Positions 18,918-29,056 of a DNA stretch of 64,000 bases are shown piece by piece. Source of the stretch: a bacterium (GTDB taxonomy: Bacteria; UBA8248); the NCBI GenBank assembly GCA_965207065.1, contig OZ242260.1, positions 2,560,001 through 2,624,000 of the forward strand, given 5' to 3'. Position numbers and translations under genes: made by a program. Below the pieces are notes generated by a model, which saw nothing but the letters and a program-made list of their open reading frames with translations, was not told where the DNA came from and did no database searches. The stretch's first letter is position 1, and each line of letters begins with the position of its first letter.

Positions 18918-19250
18918 CAGGGAAACCGGCCGGCCGAGGCGGGAGATCGGGACGCTACGCACGCCGGGTCCGCTCCGCGGTGGAACTGCGCAGGGCGCCG
19001 GCATTGCGCCTCGACGACGGACGCGAGGTAATCCTCGAGAATCCCAGGAACGCCGGGACGCTGCGCGCCGCGCAGGTCGAACTTCCGGTACACGACGGGC
19101 GCAACATCCGGATGCCGATCAACGCGATCCCGATCCGCTCAGGCGACGCTGAGGTCAATTCGGTGACGGTCACCATGCAGGACCTGGCGCCGCTCGGGGA
19201 ACTCGAGCGGTTGCGGGCGGAGCACCCCGACATGCTGAGCTGCGAACCGA
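18918..19250 (+). pseudogene. Internally deleted relic of a paralogue of the downstream hybrid kinase
   Basis: 'DGREVILE...LRAAQVELPVHDGRNIRMPINAIPIRSGDAEVNSVTVTMQDLAPLGELERLRAE' parallels the PAS-HisKA junction of 19425-21773; N-terminal 'ETGRPRREIGTLR' relic lies in another frame. Confidence 0.85.
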
Positions 19251-19424
19251 CCGCGGCGAACGGCCGCCAATCCGCCCTGCAACCACGCAAACGACTTCCG
19301 CCATTGCATAGAAGTATACGAAAGTGATATGCAATAAACGTGTTATACTGGTTTTAGATAGTGTATTTATCGTGAGGAAAGGATACGAACGCTTTTTTGT
19401 CCTCATTCCGTGGGGGGTGCGGCG

Positions 19425-21773
19425 TTGAAGGAAACCGACCGGCTGAAGCAGGAAATCAAGGTGCTGCGCGAGCGGATCTCCAAGCTGAGCACCGCAAGCT
19501 TGCGTATCAGCGCCAGCCTCGACCTCGACACCGTGTTCAACGAGATCGCGGAAAGCGCCCGCACGCTGACCGGCGCACGCTACTGCGCCATCGCCACCAT
19601 GGACGAGGCGGGAGAACCCGTGGACTTCGTCACCTCGGGCTTCACCGCCGACGAGCACCGGGCCATGCTGGAGTGGGCCGACGGGCCGCGGCTGTTCGAA
19701 CACCTCCGCGACCTGGAAGGCCCGTACCGGATCGACGACTGGCCGAGTCACGTACGCGCGCTCGGCTTCTCCCCGGACCGGTTGCCGTGGGGAACCTTCC
19801 AGGGCACCCCGATGCGCCACCGGGGCGTCCACGTCGGCAACTTCTACCTGGCCGAGAAGGAAGGCGGCGAGCCGTTCACCGATGAGGACGAGGAGGTCCT
19901 GGTGCTGTTCGCGTCGCAGGCGGCGGCGGCCATCGCGCATGCGCGCGCCTTTGAGGAGGAGCGTCACGCGCGGGCGGGTCTGGAGGCGCTGGTGGAGACC
20001 TCGCCGGTGGGGGTGGCCGTGTTCGACGCGCAAACCGGGCGCCCGACCTCCATGAACCGCGAGGCGCGCCGGATCGTCGAGGACCTCCGCCTGCCGGGTC
20101 GTCCGGTATTGGAGTCGCTCGAGGTGCTGACCTGCCGGTTCGTCGACGGTCGCGAAATCGCGCTCGAGGAGTTTCCGCTCGCGAGCTTGATGGGCAGAGC
20201 CGAGACGGTGCGGGCCGAGGAGATCGAGCTTTCAATACCCGACGGACGGAGCGTGCGGGTGCTGGTGAACGCGACCCCGATCCGCTCGGAAGAGGACGCG
20301 GTCTCCTCGGTGGTGGTGACCATGCAGGACCTCAAGCCGCTCGATGATCTCGAACGGCTGCGGGCGGAGTTCCTGGGGATGGTGAGCCACGAACTGCGCG
20401 CGCCGCTGACTGCCATCAAGGGTTCCGCCAGCACCGTGCTGGACGCCCCGCTGGTCCCGAACCCTGCCGAGATGCTCCAGTTCTTCCGCATCATCAACGT
20501 GCAGGCCGACCACATGCGGGACCTGATCAGCAACCTGCTCGACGCGGGGCGCATCGACGCGGGCACGCTGTCGGTCTCACCGGAGCTTTCGGAGGTGACA
20601 GCGCTCGTGGACCGGGCGAGGAACACGTTCCTGAGCAGCGGCGGACGGCACACCGTGCTCATCGACCTGCCGCCGGACCTGCCCCGGGTGATGGCGGACC
20701 GCCAGCGCATTGTGCAGGTCCTGAACAACCTCCTCTCGAACGCGGCGAGGAACTCGCCGGAATCCTCTCCCATCCGGATCGCCGCGGCCCGCGAGGAGGC
20801 GCACGTCGCGATCTCGGTCACCGACGAGGGCCGGGGCGTGGCGCCCGAGGTACTGCCCCGCCTGTTCGAGAAGCGCACCGGCATCGACGGTAAAGGCGGT
20901 TACGCCGGGATCGGCCTGGGTCTCGCCATCTGCAAGGGCCTGGTGGAGGCGCACGGGGGCCGGATCCGGGCGGAGAGCGATGGGCCGGGCCAGGGGACCT
21001 GCTTCACCTTCACCATCGCGGTGGCCGGGGAGAAGGGCGAGAGCGCTGAGGACGGCAGCCCGGGCCCGCCCAGGGAAACGCGCACGCCGGCGCGCATCCT
21101 CGTGGTGGACGACGACCCGCAGACGCTGCGCTTCGTTCGCGACGCGCTGGGGGTTGCGGGCTACGCCACGATCGTCACGGGCGAGGCGGGGGAGCTGTCC
21201 CGGCTCATCCGGGTCGAGAAGCCCCGCCTGGTCCTGCTCGACCTGGTGCTGCCCGAGACCGACGGGATCGAGCTGATGGAAACCGTGCCCGAGCTCGCCG
21301 AGTTGCCGGTGATCTTCATTTCGGGCTACGGACGGGACGAAACCATCGCCAGGGCGCTTGAGATCGGAGCCGTGGACTACATCGTCAAGCCCTTCTCGGC
21401 GACCGAGCTGACCGCGCGTGTCGGAGCGGCGCTGCGCCGCAGCGCCGAGCCCGAACCCTTCCTCCTCGGAGATATGGCCATCCACTACGAGCAGCGCCTG
21501 GTGACGATGGCCGGGCGCCGGGTGGAACTGACTGCGACCGAATACGAACTCCTGCGCCTGCTCTCGATGAACGCGGGACGGGTGGTGACGAACGAATCGC
21601 TGCTGCGCCGGGTGTGGGGCAACCACGACTCGAACGACGCGAAGCCGGTGCGCACGTTCGTGAAGCAGCTGCGCCGCAAGCTCGGCGACGACGCGTCCCG
21701 GCCCGCCTACATCCTGACCGAGCGCGGGGTCGGCTACCGGATGGTCCGGCCCGGCGAGCCACCCACGCCCTGA
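19425..21773 (+). CDS. Cytoplasmic hybrid regulator: GAF-PAS-histidine kinase-receiver-OmpR-type winged helix
   Basis: VSHELRAPL H-box, QVLNNLLSNA, DEGRG, GLGLAI, ILVVDDD, LLDLVLP, YIVKPF, LTATEYELL, TERGVGY; no TM segment; probable TTG start. Confidence 0.92.
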   Translation: MKETDRLKQEIKVLRERISKLSTASLRISASLDLDTVFNEIAESARTLTGARYCAIATMDEAGEPVDFVTSGFTADEHRAMLEWADGPRLFEHLRDLEGPYRIDDWPSHVRALGFSPDRLPWGTFQGTPMRHRGVHVGNFYLAEKEGGEPFTDEDEEVLVLFASQAAAAIAHARAFEEERHARAGLEALVETSPVGVAVFDAQTGRPTSMNREARRIVEDLRLPGRPVLESLEVLTCRFVDGREIALEEFPLASLMGRAETVRAEEIELSIPDGRSVRVLVNATPIRSEEDAVSSVVVTMQDLKPLDDLERLRAEFLGMVSHELRAPLTAIKGSASTVLDAPLVPNPAEMLQFFRIINVQADHMRDLISNLLDAGRIDAGTLSVSPELSEVTALVDRARNTFLSSGGRHTVLIDLPPDLPRVMADRQRIVQVLNNLLSNAARNSPESSPIRIAAAREEAHVAISVTDEGRGVAPEVLPRLFEKRTGIDGKGGYAGIGLGLAICKGLVEAHGGRIRAESDGPGQGTCFTFTIAVAGEKGESAEDGSPGPPRETRTPARILVVDDDPQTLRFVRDALGVAGYATIVTGEAGELSRLIRVEKPRLVLLDLVLPETDGIELMETVPELAELPVIFISGYGRDETIARALEIGAVDYIVKPFSATELTARVGAALRRSAEPEPFLLGDMAIHYEQRLVTMAGRRVELTATEYELLRLLSMNAGRVVTNESLLRRVWGNHDSNDAKPVRTFVKQLRRKLGDDASRPAYILTERGVGYRMVRPGEPPTP

Positions 21774-22114
21774 CGGCCGGTTCAGCCGCCGTCCCCTCGC
21801 AGGCCTGCCGCCGCGAGAAAGAACGCGGATAGAGAATCACATCCACGTAAACCGCCCGTTTATGGACACCAGGACTTTTCCCATGGTTTTGAGATCTTTG
21901 TAGTTCATTGAAATTACAATGAATGCCCGTTTTTAGGTTCTCGTACAGATTTTGCTTGCTGCAACCTGTTGTCAATACGAAAACGGACCAGTTCAAACTC
22001 TTGCGCGTAACGGCGGGTTACTGGCGGGTAAAGGTTCGCTTACGAGTAAATCGCAGCAAGTGGTCCATTCTCTATTTTTTGGGATTTTTTCAACGACCAC
22101 GGAGAAGAATGGTT

Positions 22115-22141
22115 TGATCCTCAGGCGGCGGCGCCGCTCGC
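22115..22141 (+). repeat. 27-bp direct repeat, copy 2
   Basis: Identical to 14125-14151. Confidence 0.9.
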
Positions 22142-22418
22142 TGCGGTCTTCGGCGCCTGCTCGCGGAAGGGCGTGAAGCGACGGATTACCGGGGAAGCGA
22201 ACGTGAGAGAGAGGTTGTTCGATGGAAAGACCCGCAATAGCCCGAAACCGGGATATTCAACAGCCCCCGAAGCGGTGTCCGGCGTCTTTCGCCGGCGCCC
22301 TTTTTTGTTTATTGTAGCCGATGGCGGCGTGCCGGGACCTTCGTTTCAGAACCATTTGGCGCGGCAGGCGCGTCGCAACCGCCTCTTCATGTATCCCTTA
22401 TTCCGAGGATGATGGAAA

Positions 22419-23612
22419 ATGAAAGTGACTCGAAGTTTTATGGCGATCGCGTTCCTGGGGGCGGCGACGCTCCTCACCGGCTCGGCCCTGGCGGCCGGTG
22501 AAATCACCATCGGCGGGTCCATCTCCCATACGGGCCGTTACGCGGAGCCGGCTGGCCGGTTCGTCAACGCCTATCGTCTGTTCGCCGAGCGGCAAAACGC
22601 GAGAGGCGGCCTGCTGGGCAGGAAGGTGAACCTGGTTCTCCTGGACGACAAATCGGACAAGCAGACCAGCATCAAGCTCTATGAGAGGCTCATCACGCAG
22701 GAGAAGATCGATTTCACGCTCGGTCCCTACTCCAGCGGCATCACCGACGCGGTGGCCAACCTCTTTGAAAGGCACGAATACCCCACGCTGGCGCCGGGCG
22801 CTTCCTCGAGAGGGCTGTGGGAGAAGGGGAGGAAATACCTTTTCAACCAAAACGCCGTAGCCCAGAAAAACCACAAGGGCGCACTGCACATCGCCAGGGA
22901 CATCGGGGTGAAGCGAATCGCCATCATCGGCGAGGACAGCCTCTTTCCCCGGCAGTCGGCGGAGGGCGCCGTGGAGTGGGCGAAGGAACTCGGCCTCCAG
23001 GTGGTGCTGAACGAGAACTATCCGCGCAAGCAGACCGACTTCACCGCGCTGCTGCAGAAAATCAAGGCGCGCCGGGCGGAGGCGCTTTTCTCGAACAGCT
23101 ACTTCGCGGACGCCGCCGCGCAGATCCGCCAGCTCAGGGAGCTCAACATCAACCTTGAGATTTTCGCCGGAACCATCGGCCCCGGCCTCCCTGAATTCGC
23201 CAGGCAACTCGGCGCCACGGCAGAGTACGTTCTGGGCTTCAGCCAGTGGGAGCCGCAACCCGGCGCCCTGAAGTTTCCGGGTATGAGAGAACTCATCGCC
23301 TCCTATGAGAAGCGCTACGGGGTGAAGCCCAGCGATCATGTCGCCATGGCCTACGGGGCGATTGAGGTGGTGAGTCAGGCGATTCTGAAAGCAGGGTCCC
23401 ATGACCGCGAAAAAGTCTGGAAGACGCTGCGCGCCTCGGCGTTCCAGACCGTGATGGGAAGATGGAAGGTGGATGAGAACAACCTCAATGATCGCGACGG
23501 CCTGACGTTCCAGATTCTCGACGGCAGGCGCAGAATCGTCTGGCCGAAAGAACTCGCGGAAGTTCCCTACAAGCTGCCGATGCCCGGATGGAAGGAGAGA
23601 GACAAACGCTGA
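22419..23612 (+). CDS. Branched-chain amino acid-type ABC substrate-binding protein (orphan)
   Basis: Signal peptide; 'ITIGGSISHTGRYA', 'NARGGLLGRKV', 'LGPYSSG'; no permease adjacent. Confidence 0.88.
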   Translation: MKVTRSFMAIAFLGAATLLTGSALAAGEITIGGSISHTGRYAEPAGRFVNAYRLFAERQNARGGLLGRKVNLVLLDDKSDKQTSIKLYERLITQEKIDFTLGPYSSGITDAVANLFERHEYPTLAPGASSRGLWEKGRKYLFNQNAVAQKNHKGALHIARDIGVKRIAIIGEDSLFPRQSAEGAVEWAKELGLQVVLNENYPRKQTDFTALLQKIKARRAEALFSNSYFADAAAQIRQLRELNINLEIFAGTIGPGLPEFARQLGATAEYVLGFSQWEPQPGALKFPGMRELIASYEKRYGVKPSDHVAMAYGAIEVVSQAILKAGSHDREKVWKTLRASAFQTVMGRWKVDENNLNDRDGLTFQILDGRRRIVWPKELAEVPYKLPMPGWKERDKR

Positions 23613-23846
23613 AGATGATTTTCCGGGACGCTTCGCGACTCGTTGACCACGCGGGCGGAAGCCTTCGTTTCGTCCTGCCGGGAAAAATTCGAGAGGAGGC
23701 TTTGCGCCTGATGACCATCCACGGGATCGGTGCTGGTCGTCTGCACGGCCGGCGCGTGGATAAGGCCGGGAGGATGTGAGCAGGACGGAGGACAGGTAAG
23801 GGCAACCGATGGGGATGCGCAGGAATGCGCAACAGATGCAATTCGT

Positions 23847-23935
23847 CCGCTTCCGGTTTGATTGCGTATTCCAGATAAGCAAATCCTCAACCAAGCTCGA
23901 TAAAATTAATACTTGCAATAAATTCAATTAACTAC
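23847..23935 (+). repeat. 89-bp AT-rich intergenic repeat, copy 1
   Basis: CCGCTTCCG-TTTGATT-CGTATTCCAGATAAGCAAATCC-CAACCAAGCTCGA...TTCAATTAACTAC also at 42239-42327. Confidence 0.85.
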
Positions 23936-24291
23936 AAAGAATTCACTGCCGTCGGACAATACGAAATGTCTGTAAACATGCGAAATAGGCGTAAATTCAT
24001 TAGATTTATCTTGTTTTATCGAATTATTTAAAACTTCATTTCACGGACAGACCCCCTCAGTTCCACCATCATACGTACATTCTCCCTTCTTCCACTATCG
24101 TAATTGCGAGGGAATGATATGGATGCACTTTTGTCTGGAAGATTCCAAATCAAGACCGTTTCATATTAACATCGGCCCGACAACCGGAATTCCATGTCGA
24201 TGATGGCGGCTCGACGCGTTGGAGGCGGGAGATGCCGCCGTCCGCAAGAACGCCTGGCGCGCTGGTCTGCGGCGGGAAAGGGAGATTGGAA

Positions 24292-25224
24292 GTGGCGAAT
24301 GGTTCTGGTGCGGAACTCATCACCCTCGCAGAAGGCGTTCACGCGTTCATCGGCGAGGGTGGAGACTCGAACGCGGGCGCGTTCTCGACGCCCCAGGGCT
24401 GGATAGTCCTCGACGCGCAGCAGCACGTCCCCCTCGCGGAGAAGTTCCGCGCTGATCTCGAGGGGACGGGCGAGCGCTCTTTTGTCTGCCTCGCGCTGAC
24501 GCATTACCATCTCGACCACACGGCGGGCGGCCCGGTGTTTGCCGCAAACGCTCCCGTACTGGCGCACGAGATCACGCTGGATAAATTCCGCGAGGTCCTG
24601 GGCGCAGGCGTGAAACGGGGAGATTCCTTCACCGACTTCGAAACGAAGGTCGCTTGCATGTTCGGGCCCAACATCGCCGAACTCATTCCCGCCGGAGATT
24701 CCGCCTGGGAGTGGTTCCGGGGCCGGCTCGGCGGGCCGGAGTACACGGCCTACGTCGCCGCTCCGCCGACCGTAACCTTCGCAGATACGTTCACCTTCCA
24801 TCTGGCGCGGCGCTCCATCGTCCTGGAGTACGCGGGTCCCGCCCACTGCGACGGGGACGTCATCGCCTATCTCCCCGAAGACGGGATCGTGTTCGTGGGC
24901 GACCTGCTGTTCGTCGGCCGCTTCCCGTGGCTTGGGGACGGCGACGTGGACGGGTGGATAGCGGCGCTCAACCACGTCTGCGCGCTGAGCGTGGAGCAGG
25001 TGATTCCGGGCCACGGAAAGCCCGTGGGCCTGAAGGAGGTTGCGGATTTCCGCGACATGCTCGCCGCTCTTCAGGAAGGCGTATCGGACGCGTTCGGGGC
25101 GGGCATGAGCGAGGACGAGGCGGTCGCCCGCGTACGGCTCGCTGATTACGAGCATCTGCCCCGCTACCCGGAGTGGATGCCCTGGAACGTGAGGAACGTC
25201 TACCGGGCGTTGAGCGCCCGATGA
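24292..25224 (+). CDS. MBL-fold metallo-hydrolase
   Basis: THYHLDH, GPAHCDGD, FVGDLL, IPGHG; GTG start after GGGAG. Confidence 0.9.
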   Translation: MANGSGAELITLAEGVHAFIGEGGDSNAGAFSTPQGWIVLDAQQHVPLAEKFRADLEGTGERSFVCLALTHYHLDHTAGGPVFAANAPVLAHEITLDKFREVLGAGVKRGDSFTDFETKVACMFGPNIAELIPAGDSAWEWFRGRLGGPEYTAYVAAPPTVTFADTFTFHLARRSIVLEYAGPAHCDGDVIAYLPEDGIVFVGDLLFVGRFPWLGDGDVDGWIAALNHVCALSVEQVIPGHGKPVGLKEVADFRDMLAALQEGVSDAFGAGMSEDEAVARVRLADYEHLPRYPEWMPWNVRNVYRALSAR

Positions 25225-26225
25225 GAATCGACGCCCACGCGCATTTCTACCCGGAGCGCTTTCTCGATCTCATCGAAGGACAGGGCGAGGGACACGCCAT
25301 CTCGATCAGGCGGGAGGACGCGGGCGGAGAGCGCAAGCTCATCGTGGCGGGGCGTGAGTTCTTCACCTTCTCCCCCGATTTTTTCGACCTCGACGTCCGC
25401 CTGGAGCAGGTGGCCGCCTCGGGAGTGGACATGCAGGTCATCTCCCTCGGCCCGCCGATGGTCTATTGGGCCGAACCGGAACTGGGCGCGGAACTTTGCC
25501 GCGCGTTCAACGACGAGATGGCCCATATCGTCCGGCGGCATCCGGACAAGTTCGTCGCCTTGGCCGCCGTACCGCTTCAGGACGTAGACGCCGCGATTCT
25601 GGAGCTTGAGCGCGCCGCGCGCGATCTGGAAGTTCGGGGCGCGATGATTCCCACCGTCGTCGGGACCAAAGACCTCGATTCGCCCGAATTCGAGCCCTTC
25701 TACGAAGCGGCGGCGAGGATGGACCTTCCGCTCTTCATGCACCCCATGCCGCGCCCCGGACCCGAGGGCCTGCGCATGCGTGACTATCGTCTCGACGTCA
25801 CGGTGGGCTTCGTGATGGACACCACCCTGGCGGCCGCGCGACTCGTGCTGAGTGGCATCCTTCCGAAGCTGCCGGGGCTTCGCGTGATGCTCTCCCACCT
25901 GGGCGGAACGATTCCCTTCCTCTGGGGCCGGTTGAGCGAGGGTTTCCGGATGTTCGCGGGCGACTGGGAGTGGGGGGAACCGAGGGATTACTTCGCGCGG
26001 TTTCATATCGACGCCATCAGCTATCGCCCCGATCCACTGGAGTACGCCGCAGGGATAATGGGTGCGGAGAAGATTCTCTACGGCAGCGACGACCCGTTTT
26101 TCGGCGCGGAGAACATGCGCCAGAGCGCAGAGACGATTCTCGCCTGCCCGAACTTCGACGAGAAAACGAGGGATCTGATTTTCGAGAAAAACGCCGCGCG
26201 CCTGTTCCGGATCGACTCGGAATAG
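25221..26225 (+). CDS. Amidohydrolase 2 family (ACMSD-like)
   Basis: IDAHAH, PLFMHP, SHLGGTIP, YGSDDP; ATGA overlap with upstream gene. Confidence 0.9.
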   Translation: MRIDAHAHFYPERFLDLIEGQGEGHAISIRREDAGGERKLIVAGREFFTFSPDFFDLDVRLEQVAASGVDMQVISLGPPMVYWAEPELGAELCRAFNDEMAHIVRRHPDKFVALAAVPLQDVDAAILELERAARDLEVRGAMIPTVVGTKDLDSPEFEPFYEAAARMDLPLFMHPMPRPGPEGLRMRDYRLDVTVGFVMDTTLAAARLVLSGILPKLPGLRVMLSHLGGTIPFLWGRLSEGFRMFAGDWEWGEPRDYFARFHIDAISYRPDPLEYAAGIMGAEKILYGSDDPFFGAENMRQSAETILACPNFDEKTRDLIFEKNAARLFRIDSE

Positions 26226-26299
26226 CCCGTACGGTTTATCATCGTAGAGACGTCATTCGATTCGCATCCATGCGGGGAATATAGACAGAGGAGCAGGAA

Positions 26300-27454
26300 A
26301 TGGCGAAATACGGACCGTTCGGACTGAACAAGGGCTTCAGGTCGGTAGCGCGAATCGACGACATGCCGGGCGCGGGCCAGGTAGTCGTGGAGGGGAACTA
26401 CGCTTATCTTTCCCACATGCGCCCGCCCGATGGTACGACCATCCTGGACATTTCGGACCGCAGGAATCCCAGGGTCGTCTGTCGTCTGGAAGTCCCGCCC
26501 AACATCCATTCGCACAAGGTCCGCGTGGACGGGGATCTCATGCTGGTGAACTACGAGAAATTCCGCTTCTACGAGGGTCCGGAAACGCCCCGGGGCGGCC
26601 TCAAGATATTCGACATATCTGACAGGGCGAACCCCAGAGAGATAGCGTTCGTGGAAGCCGGGGAATGGGGCTACCACCGCTTTACCTACGATGGGCGTTA
26701 TTGTTACGGCTCTCCCGCCCCTGAGGGTTATGTGGGCAATATCCTGGGCATTCTGGATTTGAAGGACCCCGAAAAACCCGAATACACCGCGCTTTGGTGG
26801 GTGCCCGGCCAATGGGTGGGCGGTGGAGAAGAACCCCTGCCCGAAGGAAGGCGCGTGCGCTGCCACCACCCGTTCCGGCTGGGGAACCGCCTCTACAGCG
26901 GCTGGTGGCATCACGGTTGGTACATCCACGACGTCTCGGACCTCTCAAAGCCCGAACCCATCGTCCACGTCGACTGGAGTCCGCCCTTCCCCTGCCCCAC
27001 ACACACGGCGATGCCCCTGCCCTATACGATCAAGGGACGGAAAATTCTTATCGTGAACGACGAGGAAGTTTCCGACAGGCTCGCGCCGACGCCCAACGCC
27101 TTCTTATGGATCGTCGACGCTACCGAGGAGACCAACCCCGTCCCCATCGCCACCTACCGCGCGCGCAAGGACGACGAACCCTACGATCCGAAGTTCTGGT
27201 ATGGGTGCCACCAGCCCCAGGAGCAGATATACGGGGAGCAGACCCGCTTCGCCGTGGCCTGGTTCGGGGGCGGCCTGCGCATGATCGACATCTCGGACCC
27301 CTGGAGCGTGGAGGAACTCGGTTACTACATCCCCGAACCGGGCAAGGGATACGAGGCCACCCAGACGAACGACGTTTTCCAGGACGTCGACGGCCTCTAC
27401 TATATCGTCGACAGAAACGGTGGGTTCGACATTCTCGAGTGGATCGGGAGCTAG
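26300..27454 (+). CDS. LVIVD-repeat beta-propeller protein
   Basis: Repeated 'TILDISD..NP', 'KIFDISD..NP', 'GILDLKDP.KP', 'RMIDISDP' blades. Confidence 0.82.
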   Translation: MAKYGPFGLNKGFRSVARIDDMPGAGQVVVEGNYAYLSHMRPPDGTTILDISDRRNPRVVCRLEVPPNIHSHKVRVDGDLMLVNYEKFRFYEGPETPRGGLKIFDISDRANPREIAFVEAGEWGYHRFTYDGRYCYGSPAPEGYVGNILGILDLKDPEKPEYTALWWVPGQWVGGGEEPLPEGRRVRCHHPFRLGNRLYSGWWHHGWYIHDVSDLSKPEPIVHVDWSPPFPCPTHTAMPLPYTIKGRKILIVNDEEVSDRLAPTPNAFLWIVDATEETNPVPIATYRARKDDEPYDPKFWYGCHQPQEQIYGEQTRFAVAWFGGGLRMIDISDPWSVEELGYYIPEPGKGYEATQTNDVFQDVDGLYYIVDRNGGFDILEWIGS

Positions 27455-28125
27455 TCGATAATCGCCACGATCCGACACGGCGCGGCTGTGGCCCCTTTGA
27501 TGGCGAGGGGTGCGGCGATCATCCGGATACGGCGGGGCAATTCGACCACGGCGGGCCAGAGCGCCAGGTTTTCGATAATATAGAACTCGTTTTCCCGGAG
27601 CATCTTATGCGCGGGCCATCCGATCGGGTCGGTGTCGATTTCCGGCGCATCCACTCCGAAAAGCCGCACGCCGCGTTCGAGCAGCCAGCTCACCGCCGCC
27701 GGGGCGAGCGGCCTGACGCCGTGGCGATAGTCCGGCCGCCCCCATTTCTTCGAACAACCCGTGTAGATCAAAACAGCGTCACCGGGATTCACCGCCTCGT
27801 CTGAGGATTCGGTGTCTTCTTCAAGTTCTTCTGCTCCGATTTCCTCTCCCGGCTTCCGGCTAGAACAATCGAGCCAGACAGCTTCTGTTTCCAGAAAAAG
27901 CTCAGGCGGCATTTCGTCTATCGTCTTGCCATCAGGGTGAAAATGAGCGGGCGCGTCGATGTGAGTCGCCACATGGTCGCTGAAGGCAAGCATCGACGTC
28001 TGGACGAGCTTCGTCTCCGACAGCAGACTCCAGCCGAGCACCGCCCCTCTCCCGAAAGTCTCCGCTTGGGCGAAGGTGGGTTCCTTCGGGATGCTTTGGG
28101 ACAGATCGACGAGTCGGCGCGTCAC
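27451..28125 (-). CDS. Cyclase family (kynurenine formamidase-like) metal hydrolase
   Basis: VDLSQ, HVATHIDAPAH, LIYTG, GVD, IIENL, APCR. Confidence 0.9.
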   Translation of the reverse strand: MTRRLVDLSQSIPKEPTFAQAETFGRGAVLGWSLLSETKLVQTSMLAFSDHVATHIDAPAHFHPDGKTIDEMPPELFLETEAVWLDCSSRKPGEEIGAEELEEDTESSDEAVNPGDAVLIYTGCSKKWGRPDYRHGVRPLAPAAVSWLLERGVRLFGVDAPEIDTDPIGWPAHKMLRENEFYIIENLALWPAVVELPRRIRMIAAPLAIKGATAAPCRIVAIID

Positions 28126-28134
28126 GGCGTCTCC

Positions 28135-28875
28135 TTAGTCCAGAATCGCCATGGCGCGAATCGGCGAGCAGGGCCCATCCGCCCACTTGAGAGGGAAACC
28201 GGCGAAGCGAAACCTGCTCTGCGAAATGAGACTTAAATTTCTCAGGTTTTCCATGTGCATGGAGTAGCGCTTGCGCATGTTGAGGTGCGGGAGGTCGTAG
28301 CCGGGAATCACGTCCACCGTGATTTGGTCCATCCCGAAGAGTTTGACGCCCCGATCGATCATCCAGTCCACCGCCTCGACCCGAAAGGGAACGAAATGGA
28401 AATGATATTCCTTGTGTGGCCATTGCCGCTCGGCCCCGGTGCGTATCAAGACGATATCGTCGGCGCGAAGCTCCTCGCCTGCCCGCTCCAGGGCCTCCTC
28501 GATGGCTTCGGGGGTTATCCAGTCCGTTTCGAGTATTTTCTTCTCATACGGATTGTACCGGATGGGTGTGAGGTGGGTGAGGTCGAGAATCACCGCCTCG
28601 CCGTAGAACCGCTCGAGATCGACCTCCGCAATCCGCTCCCCCAGAGGGTTGAAGTGATAGGTCGCATCCACGTGGGTGCCGCCGTTGTCGCTCATGACGA
28701 CAAAGCAGGTTCGGAACAACTCCTCTTCACGCCCGTGGGTCCGCAAAAAGGCGGTGGTCTCGTAATCCTCCCAGTCAGAGACGATGGTTTTGGCGAGGCC
28801 GAAGCCACCGCCCATTTCCACCCAGGCGGGAATGCCCGTATCAATCGGATGGGAAAGATCTATGAATTCCGGCAA
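28135..28875 (-). CDS. Cyclase family metal hydrolase
   Basis: IDLSH, NGGTHVDATYH, LIRTG, HMENL, SPIRA. Confidence 0.88.
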   Translation of the reverse strand: MPEFIDLSHPIDTGIPAWVEMGGGFGLAKTIVSDWEDYETTAFLRTHGREEELFRTCFVVMSDNGGTHVDATYHFNPLGERIAEVDLERFYGEAVILDLTHLTPIRYNPYEKKILETDWITPEAIEEALERAGEELRADDIVLIRTGAERQWPHKEYHFHFVPFRVEAVDWMIDRGVKLFGMDQITVDVIPGYDLPHLNMRKRYSMHMENLRNLSLISQSRFRFAGFPLKWADGPCSPIRAMAILD

Positions 28876-29056
28876 TTATTACTCCACCTGTAAATATCCG
28901 TCCCGCTAACCATGCGAACCGGCTGTTTTGACCATCCGTGGTTCGTATGGCGAGTAATTGTTGAAATGTTACATCGGTAGTATAATCTTTATCATTACCA
29001 AATAGCCAAAGAGCAGATTTTGTAGGCCTAAGCGGAATCCATGAGGAATCGCGCCT

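Noticed and set aside
22398-23927. 509-aa minus-strand ORF
   Set aside because: Antisense to a clear substrate-binding protein; no motifs.
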